Positions 46,748-60,805 are shown, numbered from the stretch's first letter. The stretch: DNA of 64,000 nucleotides from Octopus vulgaris (GCA_951406725.2 OX597829.1:38006001-38070000), one strand, 5' to 3'. Notes: generated by a model not told the origin, from the letters alone. Numbers and translations: made by a program.

Positions 46748-47080
46748 GATGATGTATGGGCTCAATAACTAGAGTATTTGGCTTATGATCGTAAGGTCAT
46801 GAGTTTGATTCCTGAAGGCACGTTGTCCTTGAGCAAGACACTTATTTATCATACTCTAGTCTACTCAGATGGCAAAAAAGAGTTGCACCATCTGTAATTC
46901 AAAGGGCCAGCCTTGTCACGTTTTGTGTCATGCTGAATCTCTCTGTAGTTACATTCTAGTTACATTGAGAGTACACGAGTCTGTGGAGTGCTCAGCCACT
47001 TGCTCATTAATTTCATGAGCAGGTTGTTTGGATGATTAGATCAACTTGAATACTCATTGTCATAACTGATGGAGAGCCTG
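46748..47080 (+). mobile_element. Old tRNA-derived SINE with CORE-like segment
   Basis: Degenerate B box GAGTTTGATTCC followed by GTCCTTGAGCAAGACACTT. Confidence 0.5.
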
Positions 47081-47114
47081 GCTGTATATAAATATATCTA
47101 TATACATACATACA

Positions 47115-47463
47115 TCTCTCTATATATATAAATGGCAAATGTCTGCATGTGTGTCCTTTATACAAATCCACAGTTTTTCAGTTAGAGGGCTTGCACTTCC
47201 TATGGTCATTGAAAACCGTCCAAAGGTGGTTGTGCACATCTTTACATTTCCCCAGTCACCCCGCAAAGCCATTAAAAAATTAATAGAAGTGACTCTTTTG
47301 TGAATTTTCTATCCAAAACCCAATCAAAATGCCTGAAACTTGATACATCAATTGAATGTTGCTAGCTGTATGTGATTGGTCAGAGATTTGGACAGTACTC
47401 GTGTGTATGTGCACACGCACGCAGCTGTATATGCATGCACTATACGCCGGGTCATAGTGCTAG
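47115..47463 (+). mobile_element. Helitron copy homologous to 30163-30531
   Basis: Same body; TC...CTAG termini; hairpin partly deleted. Confidence 0.8.
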
Positions 47464-47569
47464 TACATATATATATATACACACACACACACACATATAT
47501 GTGTCTATGTATAAATGCATTATTTTGAAATGCTTCCATGCTTGCATTGGTTGCATGGTCTTTTCCAGC

Positions 47570-48960
47570 ACTACATGGGGCACTACATGTTATCTCTTTC
47601 TTAAGGGTCAGAATGCACTACATGTCCATACCAGTAGTGGTGCCTTCTTTCTAGCACACAATAGCTGATTCTTTTTTTTTTCATCTTCTAGCACATTTGC
47701 ATTCCAGTGTTCATTCATGCTAACATTAACATTGAGCAGAGGCTACTCGCCTCATTTCACTCCAACTTTTATACATTCTCTGTTTTCAATGCCTTATTTT
47801 GCTAGCAACCCAATAGTCTGCCATTCAATCAGGAAGAGAAACCGTTTGTTGTCAACAAAGGCACTAGCTCAGTACTTATCCCGCTTTATTCTTACTTTAG
47901 CTTTAAATGCTTTTGTGACATCCACTTCTATTACTGATTAGGCTACCTAGGTAAAAGAAACTCGCAACCATTTCTTGCAAGATTTTTGGACAGTTGAAAT
48001 ATTGAACTTCATGGAAACTCTTACAGCTAACTTCTGTATGTTTGCTACAGCCTGCATCTTTTGCACACCCACAATCTACATTAATTACATTATAATATAG
48101 AGTTCCTAGCTACTTCTATATTGCATGTCAAGCATGATCCCTTCCTGTGTAGTAGCTGAATTCTGTATGCTTTCCAGTTTAATTTTCTTATCTTTGCTAG
48201 GTTGAATATCTTAAAACCACTTGATTCTAGATCCTGAGCCCACATTTGGTACTTTTCCTTCAATTCTTCAACTCATTTGACAATGAGAACTCGGTCAACA
48301 TCTTATGAAAGTTTCTGTGGATAGCTAGTCTTGAACTCATTTGTTTTGGCTAGGAAAACTACAATAAACAGACGAAAGGTAAGAAGCAAACCCTGAGAAA
48401 CACCTACATTCATGCTAAAATTTTCATTGAATTTATTGTTAACGAGTTTTGTCAGTGAACAGGTCACGGTCTCAAAGCGACGAAAATATTTTGACAAATT
48501 AAATTTAAATGTTGAAGTGAATCTAACGGTTTTTGAGTGTTTCTTAAATGGCTTATAAACACCTTCCACGCTGCAATTGTTTTTGTTCCAGCACACAATC
48601 TCAGATCAAGTCACTTGCTATGCAAGTACATCTCCCTAATTCTGTTGATGAAGTTACTCGTTTACACCCAATCTTCTTAAGAGAATACCAGACTAATGAA
48701 CAAGGTATCATGTCAATGAATGCTAAATATAGTAGTTTGGTCTTGGCTAAGAACTTCTCCTGTAGATATCTCACAAAGAAGACATCAGTACATGTCTTGG
48801 TACAAACCTAAAGTGCATCTCATCTAATTAGTTGAGCTACAACTCTCCTCTGATTGGTTGTGCTATAACTTTTTCAGTCACTTTCATAACATTGTCCATC
48901 TATATGATGCCTCTGCAGTTACTCTTTCTTTTTAGAGCATCTTTGTTATTGTAACAACTA
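47570..48960 (-). mobile_element. Old, heavily degraded RTE-like LINE remnant interrupted by an insert near 48430-48640
   Basis: VGVSQG...LFIVV...EFKT remnant resembling the 61.0-61.2 kb RT region; boundaries approximate. Confidence 0.5.
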
Positions 48961-49110
48961 ACAATAAAAGTATCGACAGTCATTGGAGTTAACACCTTTC
49001 TGTCTACTTGACTGACAGTGTGTGTGTCTCAGATATCTTACTTCTTTAGATATTTTCAACACCTCAGTAAGTCATGGTCCAACTGCTTTTTTACTTGCTT
49101 TCAATATCAC

Positions 49111-49341
49111 TTAACCCTTTTGTTACCGGATTTATTTTGAGATGCTCTGTGTTTCAGTCAATTAATTTTAAATATAACAAAGAGTTTAGTAAAATAACTT
49201 AGTTATTATTAAGCTTGTGTTAGGAACATAAATTGCGACTAAGATTAGGTGGAAGATTTTAATTCAAAACTTATGGAAACAAAGACATTTGTATTACAGA
49301 GCCAGAGGCAGTTTCAGCCAGGTTGGTATTGAAAGGGTTAA
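49111..49341. mobile_element. piggyBac-type MITE
   Basis: TTAACCCTTT...AAAGGGTTAA; reverse complement of 26457-26678. Confidence 0.75.
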
Positions 49342-50425
49342 CAGCCCATTCAACTGCACAACTGTCAACATTGATAGTTGATCCCTCTCTTGCATCTACC
49401 AGAAGTAAATCCTTTCTCTTCTATATGTTTACTTTATTCAGTAACCATTTATGGTAGCATTTTCATATCCTTTTCACCTCAAAGCAGTGAGAGTGAATGC
49501 ACCATGATCATTACATATACACTCTTTTTCAGAAACTACAACCTGATCTGCACAGACAACCTGTTTTATGATTCTATACACTTTGCACTTTTCATTTTCA
49601 TGGTATAAAACATTGGCAAATATTTTTGTTTGTTTTTTAATAATATTTTTGTTGTTTTTGTAAAATCTCAGAAAATAATTAAAAATTCACATTTTTTGTT
49701 AAATTATTTTGTTATATTTGTCTATCTATCCAACTGTAAACATTTTAAATATTTCACTAACATTTTGTTATAACTTGGCAAAAGGGTACATTTTTTTGCC
49801 AGAAACTGCTAAATTTGTTCCCACAGTCTTCTTTATCCACAACCAGAATCGTAAACTTTCTCTTGAAAATATTTCAAGCTAGTCAAAGTTGAGAGTTTGA
49901 CAGAGACAGATTTGGGGTTCCTGATTCCATACACTTTGCACTTTTCATTTTCATGGTACAAAACATTGGCAAACCACTTAATGTTCAGCTCCTCTCCTTG
50001 TTTCCTGATTTTCCTGTCATACAGTTATTCAGTGTTGTTGCTTGCTCACCTATGTTCCTTTCTTTCCCGGCCTAACTACAGTATCATTCCATCAATATGT
50101 CACCTTGAATCTGGCTGGTACCTTGCTCCATTCACAATTCTGAAACTGAAAACTGATCCATCAGAAGTCTCAGTTGTTGTCTATGTTCGAAGACACAGTT
50201 TCTTCCCAACTCTTGTCATAGGCATTGTTAAGTATTTCTCTAAGTTTGTGTATGACTGAGAGACATTTCAGCTTCAGTACCATCTCTCATTTGCCTTGTG
50301 TCTCTGAGTCAATCCAGTGCTTACCCTCAGGTCATTAATCTATGTTGAGTGGTACATCCTCTGGGAAAGACTTTGTGCCCACAACTGGCTGTCTTTCTTT
50401 ACCCCCTTATAGACTATCAAAACTA

Positions 50426-50872
50426 TCTGTACATTATTTACATTGGACAGATATGTGTCCTCATCTTGTTTGTTGTTACCACAACATTTCGGCTGATTTA
50501 CTCTCCAGCCTTCATCAGGTGTCCTGGTAGAATTTTGAACACAACCCTGGGTTCTCATTCCTAAGGTATATTTTTGCTGATATTATTATTATTATTATTA
50601 TTATTTATTGAAAGCACTGCCTGGAATTGAAGTCACAATCTTGGGGTTAATAGCCTGCACTCTAAGTGAATGAATAATAATAATAATAATAATATCAGCA
50701 AAAAAAATACCTGAGGAATGAAAATCCAGGGCTAGGTTCAAAATTCTACCAGGGACACCAGATGAAGGCTGGAGAGTAAATCAGCTGAAACTTTGTGGTA
50801 ACAACAAACAAAATGAGGACACATATCTGTCCAATGTAAATAATGTACAGAATTCTTCATCTCAAAAATATA
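50426..50872. mobile_element. Inverted pair of the tRNA-SINE/hammerhead element, decayed cores
   Basis: Arms of about 180 bp homologous to 22317-22560; left core CTGATGA...GAAAT-GTT (minus), right core CAGATGA...GAAAC-TTT (plus). Confidence 0.75.
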
Positions 50873-51460
50873 TATTTCTTTACTACCCACAAGGGGCTAA
50901 ACACAGAGGGACAGACAAAGGGATTAAGTTGATTACATTGACCCCAGTGCGTAACTGGTACTTAATTTCTCAACCCCGAAAGGATGAAAGGCAAAGTCTA
51001 CCTTGGCGGAATTTGAACTCGGAACGTAACGACAGACGAAATACGGCTACGCATTTCGCCCGGCATGCTAACGTTTCTGCCAGCTCGCCTTCATCTCAAA
51101 AATATAGAACAGTAAAACTATCTGGTTGGCATATTCACCTGAGTTGTAGGCGATGAGGTTCATGGATAATTTTCTAAGTTAGTCTTGCAGTTGTTACAAC
51201 ATTTGAATTACAGAACAGCTAATGCCATGAAACATTTTCATCCCACATACTATAGTTGTAGCTTCTGGAGTAACCCCAACCTGCTCTTGTCTAATATGTT
51301 CATTTAGGTTATCACCAGTTGTGGCACAAGGATCACTGTTGTCTGTTAATGAGTTATGTATGCAAATATAGTCTTGAAGAAAGCCACATAGAAATGATCT
51401 CTCAGTTAACCACAACTTGTATGTTCAAGACAATCTGAAGTCTGACATACATAGAATTCG

Positions 51461-51850
51461 CTACTCTTTTACTCTTTTACATGTTTCAGTCATTTGACTG
51501 CGGCTATGCTGGAGCACTGCCTTTAGTCGAGCAAATCGACTCCGGGACTTATTCTTTGTAAGTCCAGTACTTATTCTATCGGTCTCTTTTGCTGAATCGC
51601 TAAATGACGGGGGGACGTAAACACACCACCATCGGTTGTCAAGCAATGCTAGGGGGACAAACACACACACGCATATATATATACATATATACGACGGGCT
51701 TCTTTCAGTTTCCGTCTACCAAATCCACTCACAAGGCATTGGTCGGCCCGAGGCTATAGCAGAAGACACTTGCCCAAGATGCCACGCAGTGGGACTGAAC
51801 CCGGAACCATGTGGTTGATAAGCAAGCTACTTACCACACAGCCACTCCTA
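51461..51850 (-). mobile_element. SINE family A copy
   Basis: Reverse complement of 3908-4305. Confidence 0.9.
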
Positions 51851-52224
51851 TATATTATTTGAAACTAATTTAATTCTATATTTTGTTATATATATCACAC
51901 ACACACATGCACATATATCGAAATGTACACGTTTGAGTATGACCATTTCCTATACTCCAAAGAGTTCCTTTGCATTATAATGAATGAAGTGTGCACATTT
52001 CGTTATCTCTCTTAGTTCTTAGGTTAGGTAACTGTTGACCTTATGTTGGGTTCATCTGTCTTTCTGACAGGTAGTTTTTGTCCTGCTGTGTTTCTAGTAA
52101 CCTACTTACCAGGCAAGCCTGTTGGATGGGAGAGCCAGTTTAGTTGCTGATGATCTGACCATGCAACAGGCTCTACTGAATTACATGTTAGTAGTACCAC
52201 TCATGAGCAACCTAACTTTATAAG

Positions 52225-52257
<33 letters not shown>

Positions 52258-52302
52258 ATACATATCTGTCTGTCTGTCTATATACACATATAAACACATA
52301 TG

Positions 52303-52995
52303 TCATCATCATCATCATCATTGTTTAGCGTCCATTTTCCATGCTGGCATGGGTTGGATGGTTTGACTGAGGTCTGGAGAGCCAGGAGGCTGCACCAGGC
52401 TCCAATGTTTCTACAGCTGGATGCCTTTCCTAACACCAACCACTCTGATAGTGTAGTGGGTGCTTTCTACGTGCTACCAGCACAAGAGCCAGTCAGGCAG
52501 ACCTGGCAACGATCGCGTTTGGATGGGACTTTTTACATGCCACCGGCACAGGAGCCAGTCAAGGGGTGCTGGCATCGGCGATGTTCGGTTGGTGCTTTTT
52601 ATGTGCCACCAGCACAGGAGCCAGTCAGGTGGGCCTGGCATTGACCACGTTTGGATGGTGCTTTTTACGTACCACCAGCATGGGAGCCAGTCAGAGGGCA
52701 CTGGCCCCAGCTACGATATTGGTTTTACTTGACTCAACAGGTCTTCAACAGCTTATCATATTGCCAGACACATCAGGGGTATTCTTAACAGTGCCGGACA
52801 TGCATAGCTGCGATCTCACTTTAGTTACTGGGTCTTCTCAATCACAGCATATCGCTAAAGGTTCCAGTCTCCTGTCATTGCCTCTGTGAGGCCCAATGTT
52901 TGAAGGTCATACTTAACCATCTCATCCCATGTCTTTCTGGGTCCACCTCTTCCACAAGTTCCTTCTACAGTTAGGGAGTGGCACTTCCTCACACG
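52303..52995 (-). mobile_element. 3' end of a related RTE LINE with tandem 3' UTR units
   Basis: Homologous to 41540-42300; several GTGCYGGTGGCAC units; (GAT)n tail. Confidence 0.8.
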
Positions 52996-53279
52996 GCCAT
53001 ACTAGCACAATCATCATTGTTTAATGTCCATCTTCCATGCATGCATGGGTAGGATGGTTGGTGGGAGCTGGCCAGGTAGGAAAAACTACCCTACGCTACG
53101 CTACCGTGTTTGTTTTGGCAGGTATTTTACAGCTGGATGCCCTTCCTAACACTGACCACTCCACAGAGTGGACCCAGTGCTTTTTATGTGACACTAGCAT
53201 AGGCAAGGTTAGTTTTGGCATGACTTTTACAGCTGGATGTCCTTCCAAACACCAACCACATTACAGTGTGGATTGAACG

Positions 53280-53319
<40 letters not shown>

Positions 53320-56300
53320 TGGTGTGTGTGCATGTGTGACAGTGTCTATGTTTGTGTCTGTTCATCTTGACATCACAATAGTTGTAAATATGTGTCATTG
53401 TTATAGAAGCAGTGTCACTCATATTCTGCAAAATCATGTCTGTCCATGATTATCTTACTTAGAAATGGATGAGGGTTAGTGACAGGAGGAGCATCCAGCT
53501 GTAGAAAATCTACCTCAATAAACTCCATTCAACTCATGCAAGCATGGAAAAGTGAACGTTAAATGATGATGATGATGATGATGATATATATGTGTGTGTG
53601 TGTTTGTACAAGTTTTTACAACTGGTTGTTCGAAGCTGGTATGGGTTGGATGAGGCATATTGAAGCAGTACTCTAATGGCTAGATATGCTTCCTGTTGCC
53701 AATGTTTATAAAATCCCGAACAAGACATTTTTATTCTATTTGTCTGCACATATTGAAACAGAAGACATGTTGTTTACGGGAGTCATAGGACATAAACTTA
53801 ACATTGCCATCACACCCCCACCCCAAATGTCATGTGTTCGTTAGAACAGAAGAAAACATGAACAATTCTTTTCAAACATACCTGCATCTTCTAGTCATTA
53901 GCAACATTCAGAAATCTGACCCTTTGCTCACCTTATCTACGCTGCTACACTATTCTTCTTCATTCATTCATCATCATCGTTTAACGTCCGCTTTCCATGC
54001 TAGCATGGGTTGGACGGTTTGACTGAGGGCTGGTGAACCAGATGGCTGCACCAGGCTCCAGTCTTGATCTGGCAGAGTTTCTACAGCTGGATGCCCTTTC
54101 TAACGCCCCCTCCTAATCAAAAACAACAGGGCACAATTTGACGGCTGATTGTCACTGCAATGACATCAGCAAGGATATTCCTTCTTTGCTTGGTTATGCA
54201 GCCAGGCATACTCTGCAAGCATTGACTTGCATATGGCCAGAATGTGCTTCAATGATGCTAGCTTCAGCTCTGATGTCAATCAGCAGTGTTACTCCAGACA
54301 CACCATCCATTAGTTGCTGGGAGAGAAAACTTGCGGTCTGTCTACCACCTCCATTTTCCATATATTTCATGGTAGCTCCCTTAGCTCAGCTGTTCTCCAT
54401 GAAGCCCATGTTCATTGGTTCCCCTATTGCACTGCTTTAATTGCAGGCTCTTCCTATACATCATCATCATCATTTAGCGTCCGCTTTCCATGCTAGCATG
54501 GGTTGGACAGTTCGACTGGGGTCTGGGAAGCCAGAAGGCTGCACCAGGCCCAGTTTGATCTGGCAATGTCTCTACGGCTGGATGCCCTTCCTAACGCCAA
54601 CCACTCTGTGAGTGTAGTGGGTGCTTTTTACGTGCCACCGGCACAGCTGCCAGACGGGGCTGGCAAATGGCCATGGTCGGCTGGTGCCTTTTACGTGCCA
54701 CCGGCACGGGGGCCAGGCGAGACTGGTAACGGCTACGATCGGATTGTGTTTTTTACGTGCCACCGGCACGGAGGCCTGTCGCTGCCTGTCTAGGTTTTTC
54801 ACTTCCTTTATTTCCAGGGCCATCTCTTAACTTGTCATGTTCTATTTCTTTCGGTCAACACTCATGGCTGCGATGCACAAACAACTGAATTCACTAAATC
54901 CTGGTAGCATCACACGGTAATGGGCTTTTACTATGTCACCAGTGATTTTAAAGGCAACAGTAACACTATAAAGTCCCATTCCTGTAAAACACTGTAGGAA
55001 GGCAAGCACTCTCATAGGAAGTTACTAGCACATTTTCTCATTTTTTCCACTGTTGTTAATAGCATTTAATGCACTTGAAGTGGTCATAAGAGCCTCAACA
55101 AAAGGTTATGTTGACAAAACCACACCTTGAATTTTCCCGCCAGACCACAATTATAAATAGCAGTTAGTTCCTGTTATATCAAGGCCTCAACCTCAATACT
55201 TCTCCAAGTATCATTTAAGGATACTGCCAAGCTTCTTAATTGTCTGTTCCCCAGTTGGTGGAACTTATTATCATAATATGTTCCTAAGATTTGCTGTGAT
55301 GGGTAAATGAAAACAGAGCTTTTCAACAGATATTTGATTGAGAACTGTCAAACATCATAAGCTGAAATGGAGTTTTTGAGGAATGACTGCTGAAAGTGGA
55401 CACCTAATGACCGCTACTCAACATTCTGTAGACACCTCTAAAGGAATTGGTGGCTATTTGCCAATCCTCAATCATGGCAGCTGTGTAAAACTACATAGAA
55501 TTCGCTACTCTTTTACTTGGATTAGTAGCATTAATTGTATTAACTACATTTGGTTCATTGATAGTATTTGCATTGAAAATCATTTAAAAGATAACTGCTC
55601 AACCACCTATTCACAAATATAATTTGAATCATGATCTAATAATTGGAAAGCATTAATGGTTCCGGGTAAGTGTCTTCTACTATAGCCTTGGGCTGACCAA
55701 AGCCTTGTGAGTGGATTTGGTAGATGGAAACTGAAAGAAGCCCCAAGTATATATATATATATATATTTATATGCTTGTGTGTCTGTGACCCCACCCACCA
55801 TTGCTTGACAACCGATGCTGGTGTGTTTATGTCCCCATAACCTAGCGGTTCAGCAAAAAACACCAATAGAATAAATACTAGGCTTACAAAGAATAAATCC
55901 TGGGGTTGATTTGTTCAACTAAAGGCGGTGCTCCAGCATGGCTGCAGTCAAATGACTGAAACAAAGGAGTAAAAGAGAGTCCCATTCTTCTATAAACTAA
56001 TAGCTGCATACATGATATTCCATTAGGGTTTCTACAATGTAAGAAACCAAACTACATTCATCAGCATACTATAGCTGAATGAGTTGTTCAAATCTGATCT
56101 TGGTGGTGACCTGCAACCTTGATTTTGTTAATAGCGGCTCCTGCCTCCTTTCTCAGCCTTCTGCATAACAGTGCAGTCACACAGATGAACTGGCACTTGT
56201 GCCTGTGCTAGTAGGGTGCTAAGAGCACCATCCGAGTGTGATCGTTGCTGGAGCAGCCAACTGGCTTCTGTACCTGTGGCACGTAAAAGGGCACCATTCG

Positions 56301-58038
56301 AGCGTGATCGCTACCAACGTCGCTTCACTGGCACCTGTGCTGGTGGCACGTGTAAAAAGATTTGAGCAAGGTCATTGCCAGTACTGCCTGACTGGCCCCC
56401 ATGCCAGTGGCATGTAAAAAGCACCCACTACACTCTCGGAGTGGTTGGCGTTAGGAAGGGCATCCAGCTGTAGAAACTCTGCCAGATCAAGATTGGAGCC
56501 AGGTGCAGCCATCTGGTTCGCCAGCTCTGTCAAAATCTTCCAACCCATGCAAGCATGGAAAGCGGACGTTAAACGATGATGATGAATACAAGAGCCAGCA
56601 TGCAGTCTTGCCCAACTCTTTATTTTTTTCTTTATATATACCAAGGGACTCAGATGTCTGCCTCCTAACAACTTTTTTTATGTCATTTATGCAAGCAATA
56701 CATATTTATTTTTCATGCGTGTATGGGTAACAGTATATGAACCAATCTGCCTCAATCTAACTATGGCATGAATCTGGATTCTGAGAGAATATGAAACAGA
56801 TGATCATGATATCAGGGTGGGGGAAAAAACCCCGCAAGATCTTAAACTTTAAAGGGTGGATGGATATGACAAAAAATGTCTTTTTCAAAAAAAAAAAGTC
56901 GCTTCTGTAAAACCTTGCAGCCCTGCTAGTGGCTAGTTAGAATATACTCCAAAACACCAGTCCTTGGGCTTCTGATTATCGAGCTTCCAAACATGATCCC
57001 TTCACCGTTTTTTTTTCTGCAACTGTTTACTTAATTTATGAGGTACATTAAGTCTATCGATATCAGCTATCTTGTAGGGGCCCCACGAAAACCATAAGCA
57101 CAAATTTCCACCAGATCGATAATAAATCAAAAAGATAAAAACTATATACATATTTTTGACCACTGAGGTATCCAAGAAGTTCTGATTCTTGCAGTTTATT
57201 GAACTAATGTTTGGTTAAGAAGTGAAACTAGGAAGATGTAATAGTTAAATCTACTAAATGTATTGAGCTATCAGTAAAACTTTGTTGTTGTTTGTAACTT
57301 TATAATTTACGAACCCAAACGTCAACACTTCAGTGTATGTGAAATTAAATGTTAATGAAATTTATTCTTTCTCTCCCCACCTCTCTCTCACACACACAAA
57401 TCTGGAAAGTCCTCAAGCAAGTACCCAAGTATTTCGACCATACAAACTGGCAAAAGGACTTTGAAGTTCTGTGTACTCAACGAACAAGTGATATGTATAC
57501 ACACATTAATACGTGTAACAACAGAGTAGTAATATAACAGAAACAGAACACAAAAACATAAACACAAAATTGCAATAACTGATATTATAAACATTAGATC
57601 TTAATAATAATAATAATCATACACCCATATTTAGATCCAACGAGAATGCCTGTACGTAGTCACTGAAATGCTAGAAATAACGGCCAAAGTTTCCATCAAA
57701 TTGCATTTCACTGTCTTAAAAAAAAACCCCAGACATAAATGGATAATGTAGTCTTAGATACACACTGAATATGGTCACGTTGCAACAACTTTAGGCCTGT
57801 TGGATCAGCAGTGAGTGAGTGAGCTGGTGTTAAACAACAATAATTATAACAGTAATCAACAATTATGACAATCATTAGCGATTCATTAGTTATGATAATT
57901 AAGAATAACGACAAATAAGAAAGATTCAAATAAAGTAAATTCTTATAGTATTTCAGTTAAATATAAAAAATATAAATACTAGTAATTATATACATATACG
58001 TACATACACACACATACATATATGTATGTATATGTATG

Positions 58039-58098
<60 letters not shown>

Positions 58099-58134
58099 AT
58101 TAATTTATTGCAAAAATAATGTAAAACGAGTGGT

Positions 58135-58520
58135 ACTTACTGAAAATTTTGGGGCTCTGTACAAAGGTCAAGAAACATGGGCGTATCACAAGAAAGCTTC
58201 AAAAATTAATTTACTACATAACAATCAGCGTATGAGATAATAAACTATAAAAAATGAGTGTACTAGAACGATCGTCACCAAAAGGACTCGATAGTAACGT
58301 CTTGATATTATTTATTGTTGTTCGACAATGTTGTAGTGTGAGATGAAACGATGATATAGCTTAACAAACAACAAATTTATTGACCAGGAGAATGATTGAA
58401 TGAAGACGGTGCAATGTAGTTGCTAGTCCGGATAGAAGAGTTGTCGTCGAATGTAAATTAACTCCCTTGGTTTAATTATCTATTGGTCGATCTAGCAAAA
58501 TCATTAGCGCGGCGGACAAA
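58135..58520 (-). promoter_or_regulatory. Candidate promoter and non-coding first exon of PIK3R4
   Basis: Coding exon 1 has a splice acceptor, so an upstream exon is needed. This is a non-repetitive, locally CpG-retaining stretch ending in a minus-strand CA|GTAAGT donor (58140-58135). TSS cannot be determined from sequence. Confidence 0.5.
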
Positions 58521-58670
58521 AATCTTAGCTGCATTCCATCTGGCTCATTGTTCTGAATTCAAATTCCGCCGAGGTCGACTTTGTCTTTCATCAGTTGAAC
58601 AGTGAGGTCGATATAATCGTCTAGCCCCCTTCCTCCCTAAATTTCAGGCTTTGTGGCTATAACAGAAAGA

Positions 58671-58701
<31 letters not shown>

Positions 58702-58931
58702 TTTTTGTATTTAGATATACACGCACGCAAAATTCTTTAAATTAAATCATGTTTTGAATTAGCTGTTGTTTCATTTTATTGGGAAAATAGCTCTCAAAAT
58801 ACAACCTAAACATTATAATTAGTTCGTTCTTGTGCTACATCCTTCTTACAGAGGATAACTATTTTACACACGACACCGTCATACTGGCCAGGAAGAGCAT
58901 AAGAATGTACAGGAGATTTAGCTGAAGTGAT

Positions 58932-58967
<36 letters not shown>

Positions 58968-59781
58968 TCCTTCGAAATGAACACATGCAACAGTTATAAT
59001 ATTTATAATTTAATAATTACCATGCTTATACTGTATTTTAATAGTAGCAATTGATAATGATAGCCGAGCATTCTAATCTAGCATATATACTTTTCACAAC
59101 TGACTCATGGCTAATGTTTAAAATCACTTCTTTTATACTTAATTCTATTTATTAGCAATGTGAAAATTGTGGATTGGCTGTCTCTCCACACGTCCAAGTT
59201 TATAAATTTTAATTGTTAAGATTATTTTGGTCGAGCTGATTTAATTTTAGATGTACTTGTTTCTGGCTGAAGTGAGCTGAGATCATATTTTGAAACTGAA
59301 TCAATTACATTCTGGCCGAGTCATACATTTACAGACAGACATAAATGTGTAGTTAAGAAGTTCGTCGTTTCGGGTTCGATCTCATTGCGCATGTATCTTC
59401 TACCACATCCTCAGCATGTGATAGAATTTGGTAGATGGAAACCTCATCTTTGTGGTGTGTACCCCTCTATGTTTATGTAGAGTTCTTTACAGGGGCGTTA
59501 AGTAAATTGTATGAAATCGTTGGAAAACGGTTGTAAATATTAAAATTAATGTATCTTACAAGCGGTCTTTTATAGTTTTTAAATTTTCAGTTACTTTGGA
59601 GTTTTGATAAACTTTATTCATACATAAAAGGTGTCCCCTTCACCTCCGATTTTTAAACTTTAAAATTAGGAGTGTGTATTATACTCGTGAAATAGCTTGC
59701 TACAAAAGTAATTGCGTTTATTTTTCCATATGTATTAAAGACTACTATTATTTTAACACCAGTCTGTTGTACATATCTTTC

Positions 59782-60180
59782 TTTTTACTCTCTTTTACTT
59801 GTTTCAGTCATTTGACTGTTGTCATGCCGGAGCACCGCCTTTAGTCGAGCAATCGACCCAAGGACTTATTCTTTGTAAGCCTAGTACTTATTCTATCACG
59901 CTCTTTTGTCGAACTGTCAAGTTACGGGGACATACACACACCAGCATCGATTGTCAAGCGATGTTGGGGGGACAAACATAGACACAGAAACACACACGCA
60001 TGCATAAGTACATATACATATATACGATGGGCATCTTTCAGTTTCCGTCTGTCAGATCCACTCACATGGCTTTGGTCGGCCCGAGGCTATAGGTGAAGAC
60101 ACTTGCCCAAGGTGTCACACAGTGGGACTGAACCCAGATCCATGTGGTTGGTAAGCAAGCTACTTACCACACAGCCACTC
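59782..60180 (-). mobile_element. SINE family A copy
   Basis: Reverse complement of 3908-4305. Confidence 0.88.
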
Positions 60181-60609
60181 AAAATATATTTTCCCAACAT
60201 TTTCTTTTGGTGGTCCACCTTGCATATAAGGGTATATTATACTTGAACATAGCATGTTAATTTATTCAAGTATACTTACAAATGTGTTTGCATCAGTTGC
60301 TACCACAGTAAGTCACAAACGTGGAGGTCGATAATAACATTATTTAACTTGCTTATTATTACATTTTAATACCATCTAACACTTACATGTCCAATACTAT
60401 AATATTGTAAATTATTCTAATATTTATTCTATGGTTCCCTCCATTGCATGTACAAACATGTGTGGCTTATAACATGGCTCTATATCTAAGTTTTATTGTA
60501 AGGAGAGAAGACACTACCATTTTCTTTAAACAGAATCCTATTTTGATATTCCTGCAATGTGCTGTAAATACAGCTCTTGTATAGGTCAAATATGTCCCAA
60601 ACATATTTG

Positions 60610-60805
60610 ACCTGTTATCTATACCGTTTATATTTGTGGATGGTGTCCTTATTGATTGTCGCCTTTTACTATGTTTTGGCCATGTATACTCCAGCCTTCA
60701 TCAGGTGTTTTGTGATTCATCTTAGCGCCTTGCCTGGGATTGAACTCAGATCCTTTAGGTAACTACATTGCATCATCCAATGCCTTTATCCACTATGCTA
60801 TGCCA
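60610..60805 (-). mobile_element. Diverged relative of the tRNA-SINE/hammerhead element
   Basis: tRNA-like head (TAGCATAGTGG...GAGTTCAATCC) followed by ACAC-CTGATGAAGGCTGG; GAAAC decayed to AAAAC. Confidence 0.55.

Noticed and set aside
52460-52720. CRISPR-like repeat-spacer pattern
   Set aside because: The spacers are homologous to one another, the context is eukaryotic and there are no cas genes; these are tandem LINE 3' UTR units.
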